From: Gammaproteobacteria bacterium
Lineage (GTDB): Bacteria; Pseudomonadota; Gammaproteobacteria; Eutrophobiales; Eutrophobiaceae
Direction of reading: 5' to 3'
Length of the DNA: 64,000 bases
NCBI GenBank assembly: GCA_011772965.1
Contig: WVYN01000014.1
Span: forward strand, 161,002 to 225,001
This document shows, one piece after another, positions 18,889-29,692 of the stretch. How positions within the stretch are numbered: position 1 is the first letter of the stretch; the number at the start of each line of letters is the position of its first letter. A program made the translations under genes and the position numbers. Under the pieces are notes generated by a model. It was not told the origin of the DNA. It did not search any database and was given only the letters and a program-made list of their open reading frames with translations.

Positions 18889-19464
18889 ATGTCTGACTTT
18901 CTACTTATTCTATTCAGCACGGTATTCGCCAATAACATAATTATTCAGCATCTTGTCGGTGCTGATCCCGCATTGGCAATGCAACGCAGGGAACAGGTTG
19001 CTATTGATGTCTCGTTAGTCATGGTTTTATTGCTGCCTCTCGTCACATTGTCCGCTTACCTGCTTCACTCCCTGGTTATTCTGCCATTACAGCTTGATCA
19101 TTTATGGCTGTTGATCCTTGTCATGTTGATACTCTGCCTCGCCATGCTGCTGAAAATTGTTATTAGGCATGTTTCCAAAAGCTTGTCAGACAGGATAAAT
19201 GACCTGTTGCCTTATGCGGGGATCAATACCACTGTGCTGGGCACCGTACTTTTATTTCTACCAAGCAAGACGGGTATTATCCATGCCTTTGCCTATGGGT
19301 TGGGTACTGCATTTGGTTTCGGGCTGGTGCTGCTTCTCCTTACAGCTGTCAGTGAGAGGCTGGAAGGTGCAGAGGCCCCTGCGCCATTCAGGGGAATGCC
19401 ACTGCATTTGATCTCACTGGCGATTGTTGCTATGGCCTTTCAGGGTTTTGCCGGGATGTTCTAG
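18889..19464 (+). CDS. rnfA: Rnf electron-transport complex subunit A
   Basis: It aligns with RnfA/RsxA along its length and ends ...APAPFRG...GFAGMF. Confidence 0.75.
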   Translation: MSDFLLILFSTVFANNIIIQHLVGADPALAMQRREQVAIDVSLVMVLLLPLVTLSAYLLHSLVILPLQLDHLWLLILVMLILCLAMLLKIVIRHVSKSLSDRINDLLPYAGINTTVLGTVLLFLPSKTGIIHAFAYGLGTAFGFGLVLLLLTAVSERLEGAEAPAPFRGMPLHLISLAIVAMAFQGFAGMF

Positions 19465-19465
19465 A

Positions 19466-19972
19466 ATGATGACCGGCCTGTTAATTATCCTGATGTTATC
19501 AATATCTCTCGCGATCCTGGCTGAGAATTCAAGGATAGGCAGTGAAATATTATCTTTAGAAAAAACAGACCGAATAAATATACTTCTTCCACAAACACAA
19601 TGTGGACAATGCGGATTTGATGGATGCGAACCCTATGCTACTGCAATAGCTGAAGGTATTACCGCCATTAATCAATGCCCCCCAGGCGGTAACATTACAA
19701 GTAGAGAATTATCCCGGTTAACTGGTAGTGAATACCAGGCACTTAATCCAGCTCGGCAAAGTGAACCTTTAGCAAAAACTGCACTGATTGATGAAGAGCT
19801 CTGTATTGGTTGTGTCAAGTGTATCAGTGCTTGCCCAGTTGACGCGATCGTTGGCGCGCCTAAACAGATGCATACTGTTATACCGGAGCTATGTACCGGG
19901 TGTGAATTATGTATAGCGCCTTGTCCGGTAGACTGTATCGAAATGGAGCCAAAATCCCGGATTCAGATATGA
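19466..19972 (+). CDS. rnfB: Rnf complex subunit B (polyferredoxin)
   Basis: The motif CGQCGFDGCEPYA precedes 2x[4Fe-4S] CxxCxxCxxxCP motifs. The start is placed just after the rnfA stop. Confidence 0.75.
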   Translation: MMTGLLIILMLSISLAILAENSRIGSEILSLEKTDRINILLPQTQCGQCGFDGCEPYATAIAEGITAINQCPPGGNITSRELSRLTGSEYQALNPARQSEPLAKTALIDEELCIGCVKCISACPVDAIVGAPKQMHTVIPELCTGCELCIAPCPVDCIEMEPKSRIQI

Positions 19973-21492
19973 GCTCTACCGATATACATTCATTTCATGG
20001 TGGCCTGAAACTCGAAACATACAAATCCCTGTCCAACAATTTATCATCATTAATTTCTCCACTGCCTGATAAAATCATACTTCCACTGAAACAACATATC
20101 GGGCATCCGGCTAATCCACTGGTAAAAATCGGAGAGCAGGTATACAAGGGACAAATTATTGCTGAGCCGGATGGATACGTCAGCCTGCCTGTACATGCAA
20201 CTACATCGGGTAAAATAAGGGACATTGGTCTTTATAGCGTACCGGATCCCCTCGGTATCAAGGCACCCTGTATTGTTATAGAACCGGATGGAATGGACAC
20301 CTGGATAGATATCCGTGGTGTGGATAACTATCTGGAAATGGATCCGGTCACATTGCAAAACAGGTTCAGGGATGCCGGTATTTCGGGCCTGGGGGGAGCG
20401 GGATTCCCTGCACATGTTAAATTGAAAGAAGGTACACAAACCGAGGTTGAATTATTAATAATCAACGCCGTTGAATGTGAACCTTATATTACCTGTGATG
20501 ACAGATTAATCCGGGAAAAACCAGATTATATCGTTGCCGGTACAAGAATGATACTTCATGCCGTACAGGCCAGAAAATGCATCATTGCTATAGAAGAAGA
20601 CATGCCGGATGCTGTTAATGCCCTATTACCATTACTTGATGATGATATTGAACTGGTAAAAGTACCGACTATTTATCCGCAAGGCAGCGAAAAACAACTC
20701 ATCAAGACATTGACTGGAAAGGCGGTACCAAGTGGTGGACTGCCGATACATATGGGTATTGTGATGCATAACGTCGGCACAGCAGCTGCAGCCTACCGGG
20801 CCGTATCACGTGGAGAACCTCTGGTATCAAGGTACATAACTGTAACCGGCTGCATACCCTCTCCGCGCAATCTCCAGGTGCTTATTGGCACTCCCGTCAG
20901 GCATTGTGCCGAGCAATGCGGATACAGTGAAAAATCCGGTAACAGTATCATACTCGGTGGACCCATGATGGGTACCCTCGTGCAGAACATGCATGTACCA
21001 GTCATCAAAACGACACATTGCATATTGATAAGAAATAAACTCAATCAGGGAACCGAAATGCCATGTATCCGTTGTGGAAATTGCGCTGAGGTTTGTCCGG
21101 TTGAATTACTACCACAACAACTTTACTGGTTCTCACGCTCCAGCGACCACAATAAATTAAAACAACATCATCTCTTTGAATGCATAGAATGTGGCTGTTG
21201 CTCCTATGTCTGTCCCAGTAATATCCCACTCGTGCATTATTACAGACTGGCCAAGAATGAAATCAACCAGCGTGACTTATCTATAACTAAGGCATCAGAG
21301 TCAAGATATCGTTATCTGAAACATCAGGAACGATTGAAACATGAAAAAAAGAAAAAAAAATTAAGCGTGGAACAACTTTCCATTTCTGGAAAACCTAATG
21401 AAAAAAAAGCATATATACATGAGGCGGTAAGACGGGGCCGAGCAAAAAGGGTAAAAAAACAACAGGTAAGAAAAGATCAGAAAGATGAGTGA
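19969..21492 (+). CDS. rnfC: Rnf complex subunit C (NADH-binding, 2x[4Fe-4S]) with a Lys-rich C-terminal tail
   Basis: It has SGLGGAGFP and the cluster motifs CIRCGNCAEVCP and CIECGCCSYVCP. Its ATGA overlaps the rnfB stop. Confidence 0.75.
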   Translation: MSSTDIHSFHGGLKLETYKSLSNNLSSLISPLPDKIILPLKQHIGHPANPLVKIGEQVYKGQIIAEPDGYVSLPVHATTSGKIRDIGLYSVPDPLGIKAPCIVIEPDGMDTWIDIRGVDNYLEMDPVTLQNRFRDAGISGLGGAGFPAHVKLKEGTQTEVELLIINAVECEPYITCDDRLIREKPDYIVAGTRMILHAVQARKCIIAIEEDMPDAVNALLPLLDDDIELVKVPTIYPQGSEKQLIKTLTGKAVPSGGLPIHMGIVMHNVGTAAAAYRAVSRGEPLVSRYITVTGCIPSPRNLQVLIGTPVRHCAEQCGYSEKSGNSIILGGPMMGTLVQNMHVPVIKTTHCILIRNKLNQGTEMPCIRCGNCAEVCPVELLPQQLYWFSRSSDHNKLKQHHLFECIECGCCSYVCPSNIPLVHYYRLAKNEINQRDLSITKASESRYRYLKHQERLKHEKKKKKLSVEQLSISGKPNEKKAYIHEAVRRGRAKRVKKQQVRKDQKDE

Positions 21493-22495
21493 TTCGGCCC
21501 GGTTCAGCTCATTCCATGTAAGTGACAAGTCTTCTGTCCGGACGATCATGCTCCAGGTCAGTATTGCTCTCGTGCCTGGAATCCTGTGTTATGCATGGAT
21601 TATGGGCTGGGGCGTCATCTTGCAGTGTCTTTTGGCCATCTTATTTGCAACTACCCTGGAGTCCATCGTCCTCCTCATCAGACGCATACCTGTAAAAGCG
21701 TTTCTATTTGATGGCAGCACAGTCGTAACAGCATTATTATTTGCTATTTGCCTGTCACCTTATGCCCCCTGGTGGGCAAATCTGGCCGGCATTGCTTTTG
21801 GTGTTGTCGTCATAAAGCACTGCTATGGTGGTCTTGGACAAAATATATTTAACCCTGCCATAGCTGGCTATGTGTTCACACTCCTGTGTTTTCCGATGGA
21901 ACTATCCATTTACCCGGACCCGGGCAATTACCCGGGATTTCTGGATACCATCAGGATTATCAATGGCAATTTTCCACATTACCCGGACGCAATAGCTGGG
22001 GCGACTGTTCTTTCAACATTAAAATCCGGCCTGCATGACATGAAGATGATTTCTGAAATCAGTCAATCTCCGGTATTTGGAGTACTGGCAGGAAGAAGTA
22101 CAGAGTGGATTGCAGCTCTCTGGTTTGCAGGAGGAATCTTCCTGATAGTCCGCAAGATAATTAAATGGCAGGTACCTGTTGTCTTTCTGGGCACCATGTT
22201 TCTAATTAGCCTTGTATTTTACTGGTTCGACAGTAGTCATTATCCTTCTCCTGTTTTTACCCTGTTTGCAGGTGGCAGCATGCTCGCTGCGTTTTTTATT
22301 ATTACTGAACCCGTATCCTCATCCACCACGCCTGCAGGCCGCCTGTTATTCGCAGCAGGTACAGCTATTTTCGCTTATATCATCAGAACCTGGGGTAATT
22401 ATCCAGATGGAATTGCCTTTGCGGTATTAATAATGAATTTTTCAGCACCTTTACTAGACCGCTTGACCAGGCCCCGGGTACTGGGGGAAAGATGA
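21485..22495 (+). CDS. rnfD: Rnf complex subunit D (NqrB-like membrane subunit)
   Basis: The 336-aa polytopic membrane protein resembles RnfD/NqrB and overlaps rnfC by 8 bp. Confidence 0.7.
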   Translation: MSDSARFSSFHVSDKSSVRTIMLQVSIALVPGILCYAWIMGWGVILQCLLAILFATTLESIVLLIRRIPVKAFLFDGSTVVTALLFAICLSPYAPWWANLAGIAFGVVVIKHCYGGLGQNIFNPAIAGYVFTLLCFPMELSIYPDPGNYPGFLDTIRIINGNFPHYPDAIAGATVLSTLKSGLHDMKMISEISQSPVFGVLAGRSTEWIAALWFAGGIFLIVRKIIKWQVPVVFLGTMFLISLVFYWFDSSHYPSPVFTLFAGGSMLAAFFIITEPVSSSTTPAGRLLFAAGTAIFAYIIRTWGNYPDGIAFAVLIMNFSAPLLDRLTRPRVLGER

Positions 22496-23121
22496 CATTC
22501 CCACAAAGAAAAGTGTTTATTCCGATGCTAATCACCGCAACTATATGCGCTGGCCTGATAATCTCTTTACATATCGCCAGTAAAGATGTCATTAAAAAAA
22601 ACAAGCAACAATACATTCTAAAAGCTACAAATGGCATGTTAACTGTAGAATATGACAATCTTATTTATGACGATTACATGGAAATTAACAATCCCGCTTT
22701 ATCAGGGGATGGCTCTATTACACGTGTTTATCGGGCAATGAAAGACGGAACCGGGATGGGGGTTCTGTACATGCCGGTCGTAACAAAAGGTTACATTGGA
22801 CCGGTATCGCTTGCCATAAGTATATCACGTGATGGTCGTATTATGTCGGTCAGAGTAATCAAGCAGAAGGAATCCAGAGGGCTGGGGGCTGAAATAGATC
22901 AGAATAATTCGGACTGGATCACACAATTCTACGGCTTGTCTTTAAAAGATGTTCCTTCAGAATACTGGCGGGTTGGATCAGAACCAGGAAAATTTGATGT
23001 AATCAGTGGGGCAACGATCTCATCGCGTGCAGTTACCGAAGCAATCAGGGAAACTCTTGAACACTACAATAAAAATAATGATATACTTTATAAAGTAGAA
23101 ATTGAAAGAGATCCATTGTGA
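22492..23121 (+). CDS. rnfG: Rnf complex subunit G (FMN-binding)
   Basis: It has a single N-terminal TM helix and an FMN_bind domain containing the SGATISS flavinylation motif. It overlaps rnfD by 4 bp. Confidence 0.7.
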   Translation: MTFPQRKVFIPMLITATICAGLIISLHIASKDVIKKNKQQYILKATNGMLTVEYDNLIYDDYMEINNPALSGDGSITRVYRAMKDGTGMGVLYMPVVTKGYIGPVSLAISISRDGRIMSVRVIKQKESRGLGAEIDQNNSDWITQFYGLSLKDVPSEYWRVGSEPGKFDVISGATISSRAVTEAIRETLEHYNKNNDILYKVEIERDPL

Positions 23122-23807
23122 GCCTTGTCAACAAAACCAGAGATAAAACTGAACAAATAATAAAGTATCTTCGTTCACATCCTGATTTCTTTCAGGAGAA
23201 CCCTGACATACTCGCTAATATCAACATACCTCACCTGCCTGATCAGGAAGTAAGTTCTATGCTTGAATACCAGGTGCAGCGGCTCAGGCATCAGGTGTCT
23301 GAAACAGAAACAAAAATTGAGATATTAGAAAAACAGGCGAGTGTTAATAGTCTGTTTGTTGATGATGTACTTTCCTTCTCTCTTGGCTTGTATGACTGCA
23401 GTGATTTAAGGGAACTTTCAACGTTACTCTCAAATGGTATGGGTCAATATTATTCTGCTGACATATCATCTTTAATAATCTTTTCAGAGCCAAGTGGAGG
23501 ACTTGATCTGATTATCTATGATATTGAACCTGTGAGTGACAAAATCAGATTTATGTTTACTGAGCTATTTCACAGAAACAAGCCCCTGTGCGACAGTCTT
23601 CAGGAAGAGCATCTCAATACCCTGTTCGATATTGATACAGATAATATTTGTTCTACAGTGATCTTGCCGTTACAAGGAAAAGGCTGGCGTGGGCTCATCG
23701 TCCTGGGATCCCAAGAACCTAATTGCTATAAACAAGGCATTGAACTGGAGATGCTCGCTTACCTCAGTAAGCTGGTTCAAATGAAGGTTGATCATATCCT
23801 TGCCTGA
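23118..23807 (+). CDS. DUF484 (YigA-like, GAF-like) family protein translationally coupled to rnfG in the position normally held by rnfE
   Basis: YLRSHPDFFQENPDIL...IPH resembles the YigA N-terminus. The protein is soluble and GAF-like rather than a membrane RnfE. It overlaps rnfG by 4 bp. Confidence 0.6.
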   Translation: MSLVNKTRDKTEQIIKYLRSHPDFFQENPDILANINIPHLPDQEVSSMLEYQVQRLRHQVSETETKIEILEKQASVNSLFVDDVLSFSLGLYDCSDLRELSTLLSNGMGQYYSADISSLIIFSEPSGGLDLIIYDIEPVSDKIRFMFTELFHRNKPLCDSLQEEHLNTLFDIDTDNICSTVILPLQGKGWRGLIVLGSQEPNCYKQGIELEMLAYLSKLVQMKVDHILA

Positions 23808-24059
23808 CTCCTAGTCCCACTTATTCCGGAAGGAAAGTGGCCAGAATCAATTAGCTTTATCAATCGTTAATTACTATACTATTTCTAGTAATCACAGATA
23901 AGTGCATCTAAAATAATAACTATTATTCATGAATCATTGCCATTCATAAGCTTGCCGAAAATGGAATTTTATTTCAGACAGAATCTGTTGCTCGTTTTAG
24001 ATGACCGGGTTATTGCAACATCAGTGCCTGACATTACTGGACTATTAGGTTTTTATTAA

Positions 24060-25295
24060 ATGTTGGCAAACGACAACAACCCGGCCCCCGTGGATATGGG
24101 TAACCTCAAAATCATGGTCGTCGATGATGATCCCGTTATCCTGCAACTTGCAAAAAAAATCCTGCGGGAATCAGGTGCCAGGAATATTGACACAGCCTGT
24201 AATGGTCTCGAAGCTATTGCCAGCTTATCAAGGTCTGCTCCCCAAGAGTATGACATCGTGCTTTGTGATCTGAACATGCCGGAAATGAATGGCGTTGAAT
24301 TATTGAACGAGATAGCAAAAAACGGATATAACGGAGGGATTCTTATACTGAGTGGCGAAGAGGACAGATTGCTTGAATCAGCTTATGAGCTTGCCAAAGC
24401 TCATAATCTGAACATAATTGGTGCCATATCAAAAGATTTATTAATATCCGAGATCGTAAACAAGATCCAGGAAAACTATCAACCTTATCATGTCGATGTA
24501 GATCCCAGTAATGATGAAGCGATATCTATCAATGAACTGGAATCAGGTATTAGTAGCCATCCAAATTCCCTTTTACTCTATTACCAGCCCAAAGTTTCAA
24601 TTATTGATCAAACCATCAAGGGCATTGAAATTCTTTCAAGATGGCAGCACCCGGAGAGAGGAACATTACTGCCTTCTGCTTTCATCCCCCTGGCTGAGGA
24701 ATGCGGGCTGATTCATGACCTGACATTTGCTATATATAAAAAAGCATTAAAACAAATCAGTCAATGGCAAAAGTCAGGAATTTATATTGATGCCTCAATT
24801 AATATATCAGTCAATTCATTCGCTTCCCCAGATTTTTCCAGTTTCCTGATTGCTACTGCTGAAAAATTTAATGTGGATATATCCCGAATTATTCTTGAAG
24901 TTACTGAAAGTGAGATCATGCAGGACACAATCCGCTGCATGGAGATCATGATGAATCTCAGAATGAAAAAATTTGGACTTTCAATTGATGATTTCGGTAC
25001 TGGTCATTCTTCTATGGAGAAGCTCAAGATAATACCGTTTACAGAACTTAAGATTGACCGAGCTTTTGTCAGGGATGCTGATAAAAGTTCAACTGCTAAA
25101 TTTATTGTTGAGTCCAGTATTGAGCTGGCCAAAAAACTGAATATGAAGATTGTTGCAGAGGGCGTTGAAAACCGAAAAAACTGGATGATGGTCGAACAAA
25201 TGGGATGTGACCTAGCCCAGGGTTTTTATTGTGGCGCCCCCATGTCAAACCCGGATCTCATTGACTTTATAAAATACTGGAAAGGTCCTCACTGA
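24060..25295 (+). CDS. Response regulator (REC domain) fused to an EAL c-di-GMP phosphodiesterase domain
   Basis: The REC domain has MVVDDD...CDLNMPEMNG. The EAL domain has the EAL-type motif IDDFGTGHSS. Confidence 0.75.
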   Translation: MLANDNNPAPVDMGNLKIMVVDDDPVILQLAKKILRESGARNIDTACNGLEAIASLSRSAPQEYDIVLCDLNMPEMNGVELLNEIAKNGYNGGILILSGEEDRLLESAYELAKAHNLNIIGAISKDLLISEIVNKIQENYQPYHVDVDPSNDEAISINELESGISSHPNSLLLYYQPKVSIIDQTIKGIEILSRWQHPERGTLLPSAFIPLAEECGLIHDLTFAIYKKALKQISQWQKSGIYIDASINISVNSFASPDFSSFLIATAEKFNVDISRIILEVTESEIMQDTIRCMEIMMNLRMKKFGLSIDDFGTGHSSMEKLKIIPFTELKIDRAFVRDADKSSTAKFIVESSIELAKKLNMKIVAEGVENRKNWMMVEQMGCDLAQGFYCGAPMSNPDLIDFIKYWKGPH

Positions 25296-25313
25296 TAGAC
25301 AGTTTTATCTAAC

Positions 25314-26321
25314 CTACCTGACCCACTCCAGCGGCCCTTCATCCATTAAAGCGGCCTGTTCACGTAAACTGAGAATTTGATCCTGCCAGTAATGTTGTGT
25401 ATTGAAATAGGGAAATGCCAGCGGGAAAGCCGGGTCTTCCCAGCGGCGTGCAATCCAACTTGAAAAATACATCATTCGCAAGGATCGCAACGCCTCAAGA
25501 AGATGAAGTTCCCGGGCATCAAAGTCACAAAATTCAGTATAACCCTCCAGCAGATCAGCTAACCTTGACGTCATGTAAGGCCGGTCACCAGAGAGAAACA
25601 TCCACAGATCCTGTATTGCCGGCCCTATTCTGGCATCATCGAAATCAAGAATAACAGGTGTTTCATCATGCCAGAGAATATTACCCGCATGACAGTCGCC
25701 GTGCAGGCGAATGTTGCTGATATTTCCAGCACGCTCATAACATTGCTGGATTCGTTTGATAATGTCATCGCAAAGGGTGCTATATGATTCTTTCAACTCA
25801 TGCGGTATAAAATCATTTTCCAGCAGGTATTGTCTGGAAGCATCTCCAAATTCATTGATACTGATATCCGGCCGGTAAGCAAACGAACCCGTTTGACCAA
25901 CACTGTGAATTCGACCGATATAGCGACCGAGTTGGGTCAAATGGTCGGGAGAATCCAGTTCGGGTGGACGGCCACCCTGGCGCGGATAGAGCGCAAAGCG
26001 GAAGTGATCATGGCTGAATAAGGTCGCATTTTCCTGCACAAGCGGTGTTATTACGGGAATTTCATATTCAGATAATTCGCCGGTAAAGCGATGCTCTTCC
26101 AGGATTTGCTCATCACTCCACCGGCCTGGCCGATAAAATTTGGCAACCACGGAGTCTGATCCCTCAATACCCACCTGGTAAACCCGGTTCTCGTAACTGT
26201 TCAGGGCAAAGATCCTGCCATCGCAATTAAATCCTTTACTTTCAATAGCCTCCAGAATTTTCTGAGGATCAAGATTAAGATAACACTGTAATTCTGTATT
26301 TTCCTGCATGACAGTCATTGT
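25314..26321 (-). CDS. srkA: Stress-response serine/threonine kinase SrkA (YihE/RdoA family)
   Basis: It aligns along its length with E. coli YihE, sharing LNSYENRVYQ, HGDCHAGNILW and DDARNGPAIQDLWM. The start is taken at MTVMQ. Confidence 0.8.
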   Translation of the reverse strand, partial: TMTVMQENTELQCYLNLDPQKILEAIESKGFNCDGRIFALNSYENRVYQVGIEGSDSVVAKFYRPGRWSDEQILEEHRFTGELSEYEIPVITPLVQENATLFSHDHFRFALYPRQGGRPPELDSPDHLTQLGRYIGRIHSVGQTGSFAYRPDISINEFGDASRQYLLENDFIPHELKESYSTLCDDIIKRIQQCYERAGNISNIRLHGDCHAGNILWHDETPVILDFDDARIGPAIQDLWMFLSGDRPYMTSRLADLLEGYTEFCDFDARELHLLEALRSLRMMYFSSWIARRWEDPAFPLAFPYFNTQHYWQDQILSLREQAALMDEGPLEWVR

Positions 26322-26389
26322 AACAGCACTCTGGAACTCTGCAGATTGATTGAATAAGATGTGATAAATCAATTTTCGTAAGCATTTTC

Positions 26390-27649
26390 ATGCCCATAGA
26401 TATTGACACTATTACCGCTGAGGCTACTGCTGGAAACCTTGATGCCCAAGTACAGCTCGCAGAGCTTTACGACCATGGCTTTGGTGTCATGCAAGACCCC
26501 GCGAATGCAGTGTACTGGTACCGGAAAGCGGCCGAACTTGGCTCAGCCAAGGCGCAAAGGCGACTGGGCAAAATGTATGCAACTGGCCGGGGGATCTGCA
26601 GGGATTATCTCAATGCTGTCTACTGGCTCAGCCGTGCCGCCAACCAGGATGATGCCGGTTCCCAGGCCAGTCTTGCCTGGTGTTACCAGCAGGGACTGGG
26701 GCTTGAAAAAGATATCCAACAGGCAAGCAAATGGTATTTACGTGCCGCCACTCTTGGCCATGCAGGTGCACGCTATAACCTGGGCTATATGTATGCCAAC
26801 GGATCTGGTTTAGTGCAAAACCAGAAGGAAGCCCTGCGCTGGTACCGACTTGCAGCTGAACAGGGCCATACCAAGGCCCAGCTCAACGCCGCAATCATGT
26901 ATCTCCAGGGGATAGGCACAGAAAAAAATGAATCAGAAGGGGCGAGACTCTATCAACTGGCCGCAGAACAGGGCTATGTAAAAGCGCAGTATAACTTGGC
27001 CATGTTATATGCCAGCGGTTACGGTGTCCCGCAAAATGATGAAACTGCGTATGAATGGTTACTGGAAGCAGCGACCAAGGGATATGCCAGGGCCCAGTTC
27101 AATCTTGCCCTTGCCTATATCTACGGGCTGGGGATAGATCAGGATTATGAAAAGGCCATTATGTGGCTACGCCGTTCGGCCAATCAGAATTATGCTAAGG
27201 CCTATTACCAGCTAGGTTATCTGACTGCCGAAGGACTGGGTCTACCAAGGGATGAGAAAGAGTCAGCAAAATTTTTTCGCCTGGCCGCCAACCATGGCTA
27301 TCCCAGGGCACAGTATCGTCTGGGCAGGTTATATGACAAGGGTAAGGGTGTTAATCGCGACCCGGTAGCTGCCCACTACTGGTATACTCAGGCGGCAAAT
27401 CAGGGACACAGCAAATCCCAGTTTATACTTGGTTTGAATTATGCAGGTAGAAACGGGAATCGCAGCCGGGCTGATCTGGTCAGGGCCTGTGCCTGGTTAT
27501 CACTTGCTGCAAAAGATAACAATAGTAAACACATTTCCTTTCTCAACAAGTTAGCATTGAAACTGAAAACTGAGGAACTTCAACAGGCCAAGGATCTGGC
27601 TGATGCCCTGCTGAAGGATCATACTGCCCAGACAAAAAGCATCGCCTGA
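26390..27649 (+). CDS. Sel1-repeat (TPR-like) protein
   Basis: It has about ten tandem Sel1 repeats of the form A..NLG.MY..G.GV..D and is 419 aa. Confidence 0.7.
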   Translation: MPIDIDTITAEATAGNLDAQVQLAELYDHGFGVMQDPANAVYWYRKAAELGSAKAQRRLGKMYATGRGICRDYLNAVYWLSRAANQDDAGSQASLAWCYQQGLGLEKDIQQASKWYLRAATLGHAGARYNLGYMYANGSGLVQNQKEALRWYRLAAEQGHTKAQLNAAIMYLQGIGTEKNESEGARLYQLAAEQGYVKAQYNLAMLYASGYGVPQNDETAYEWLLEAATKGYARAQFNLALAYIYGLGIDQDYEKAIMWLRRSANQNYAKAYYQLGYLTAEGLGLPRDEKESAKFFRLAANHGYPRAQYRLGRLYDKGKGVNRDPVAAHYWYTQAANQGHSKSQFILGLNYAGRNGNRSRADLVRACAWLSLAAKDNNSKHISFLNKLALKLKTEELQQAKDLADALLKDHTAQTKSIA

Positions 27650-27774
27650 ATATCAGGCAATACCAAACAGCTAAACAAAACACTCATTGTGTTCTTGTGT
27701 ATTGTTCCCTTCTACTACACTGATAATTCTTTATGAAATGATTATAATACTGGTCCCGAATAGTACGCATATAA

Positions 27775-27864
<90 letters not shown>

Positions 27865-27960
27865 ATATACCCATGGAGATGTATACATTATAAGCCGAGA
27901 AGTCCATGGATCGACGGGAGCGGTCTCCTTCTCAGCCAAGCGGATGACCAAGAATTCATA

Positions 27961-28629
27961 ATGGTTTTCATGAAATTCCGATTTTGTTTAGGTTTTTTTC
28001 TATTAATCATGCAGCAGCTTGCAGTTGCTGATTCAGTTAATTTTTATGATTATGATGAAGTCGCATCAAAGATTTTCTGGAATGAACTCTATAATGGTCA
28101 AGGTTGGACTTTGTATTGTGGATTACGACTTGCATCAATTCCTTCGCTGACCATATCCGGAATGACAGTATCGATTGAACATATATATACCAGTAATCGT
28201 ATGGTCCAGGCACTCGGTTGCCACAGTCGTCAACAATGCTATGAGAATAATCCCGACTTCAGGATCATGGAATCTGATCTGCATAATCTTTATCCTGTGT
28301 GGATTGACGCAAGCAATGCCTTATATGACAGTGAATACGGCATTATCGAGGGAGAGTACTGGCGCTTTGAAAATTGTGATCTCGAGCGTAAAAAGGGTGT
28401 TGTTGAACCCAGGCCGGTTGCCAGGGGCAACATAGCCCGTGCAATATTCTATATGCATAATACATATAATCTGCCGGTTTCAGAACAGACAATTGAAATT
28501 CTCAAGACATGGAATCTGGCAGACCCACCCAGCAAGCAGGAGATCAGGCGCAATGAAAAGATCCAGAAACTACAGGGCCGGCGTAATCCCTATATTGATA
28601 AACCTTCATTGGTTACGACATTAAAATGA
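27961..28629 (+). CDS. Extracellular/periplasmic endonuclease I family DNase
   Basis: It has a signal peptide and resembles EndA/Vvn, with RGNIARAIFYM and an N-terminal EHIY. The start is moved to 27961 to clear the tRNA. Confidence 0.65.
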   Translation: MVFMKFRFCLGFFLLIMQQLAVADSVNFYDYDEVASKIFWNELYNGQGWTLYCGLRLASIPSLTISGMTVSIEHIYTSNRMVQALGCHSRQQCYENNPDFRIMESDLHNLYPVWIDASNALYDSEYGIIEGEYWRFENCDLERKKGVVEPRPVARGNIARAIFYMHNTYNLPVSEQTIEILKTWNLADPPSKQEIRRNEKIQKLQGRRNPYIDKPSLVTTLK

Positions 28630-29681
28630 CACTACACAGGGGTCGTTTATTTGTAAACACCTGCCTGATAATCCTGGGCCTCTTGTTTGTTATTACTGCT
28701 TGCGGGAAAAAAACGGGTCAGAAAGATTTTCTCACGCTCACCGGCCTTACCATGGGGACAAGTTATAGCGTCAAGATTATTTATGATGATAAACCGCAGG
28801 AAAAAGCAATCAGGGGTGATATCGACAAGATTCTCGAATCGATCAATCGTAGTATGTCGACCTATATGGATGATTCAGAGTTGTCCAGAATAAACCAGGC
28901 GGCTGCTAATACATGGATTCCGGTATCGAACGATTTGTTTTCTGTTTTAGAGGCCGCAAGGGGAATCGGAAGGAGAAGCAATGGGTCATTCGATGTAACA
29001 GTGGGACCTCTGGTAAATCTCTGGGGATTCGGCCCTACAGAGCGGCCAATCAAACCACCTCCTGCCAGCAGGATCAGTAAATTGCTTGAAACGACTGGCT
29101 TTGAACGATTTGCCCTGGATAAGAAAACGCAGGCCATCAAGAAATCCGCAGATTCCGTCTATATCGATCTATCCGGGATAGCCAAGGGATACGCGGTAGA
29201 CAGGGTATCAAGCTTGCTCTTGGCTAAGTACCAACTGGCTGATCATCTGATCGAGATTGGTGGTGAGGTTAAGGCCTCCGGTCACAACCAGGCAGGAAAC
29301 AAATGGCAAATTGGCGTCGAAAGACCAGACTACACAAAGCGCACGATCCACAGGATCATCGGTCTTGAGGATCTGGCCATGGCCACTTCCGGTAATTACC
29401 GGAATTACTATGACCTTGAAGGAAAGCGTTATAGTCATACCATTGATCCACAAACTGGCTATCCAGTTGACCATCTGCTGCAGTCGGTCAGCGTACTCCA
29501 TGAGAGTGCCATGATAGCGGATGCCTGGGCAACCGCACTTCTTGTCATGGGTACCGAGAAAGCCAAGCTCCAGGCGGAAGAACTGACCCTGCCAGTACTT
29601 ATGGTCAGCAAAACCATGGACGGCAAGCATCGTGAAATCATGAACAATCATTTCAAAAAACATCTCGTAACAACCCATTAA
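28626..29681 (+). CDS. apbE: FAD:protein FMN transferase ApbE (lipoprotein)
   Basis: It has an ITAC lipobox, the motifs DLSGIAKGYAVD and MIADAWATAL, and is 351 aa. Confidence 0.8.
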   Translation: MTLHRGRLFVNTCLIILGLLFVITACGKKTGQKDFLTLTGLTMGTSYSVKIIYDDKPQEKAIRGDIDKILESINRSMSTYMDDSELSRINQAAANTWIPVSNDLFSVLEAARGIGRRSNGSFDVTVGPLVNLWGFGPTERPIKPPPASRISKLLETTGFERFALDKKTQAIKKSADSVYIDLSGIAKGYAVDRVSSLLLAKYQLADHLIEIGGEVKASGHNQAGNKWQIGVERPDYTKRTIHRIIGLEDLAMATSGNYRNYYDLEGKRYSHTIDPQTGYPVDHLLQSVSVLHESAMIADAWATALLVMGTEKAKLQAEELTLPVLMVSKTMDGKHREIMNNHFKKHLVTTH

Positions 29682-29692
29682 GTCAATACACG

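Noticed and set aside
23118-23807. Calling the gene after rnfG rnfE
   Set aside because: The product is soluble and matches the YigA/DUF484 N-terminus (YLxxHPDFF), not the six-TM RnfA/RnfE fold.
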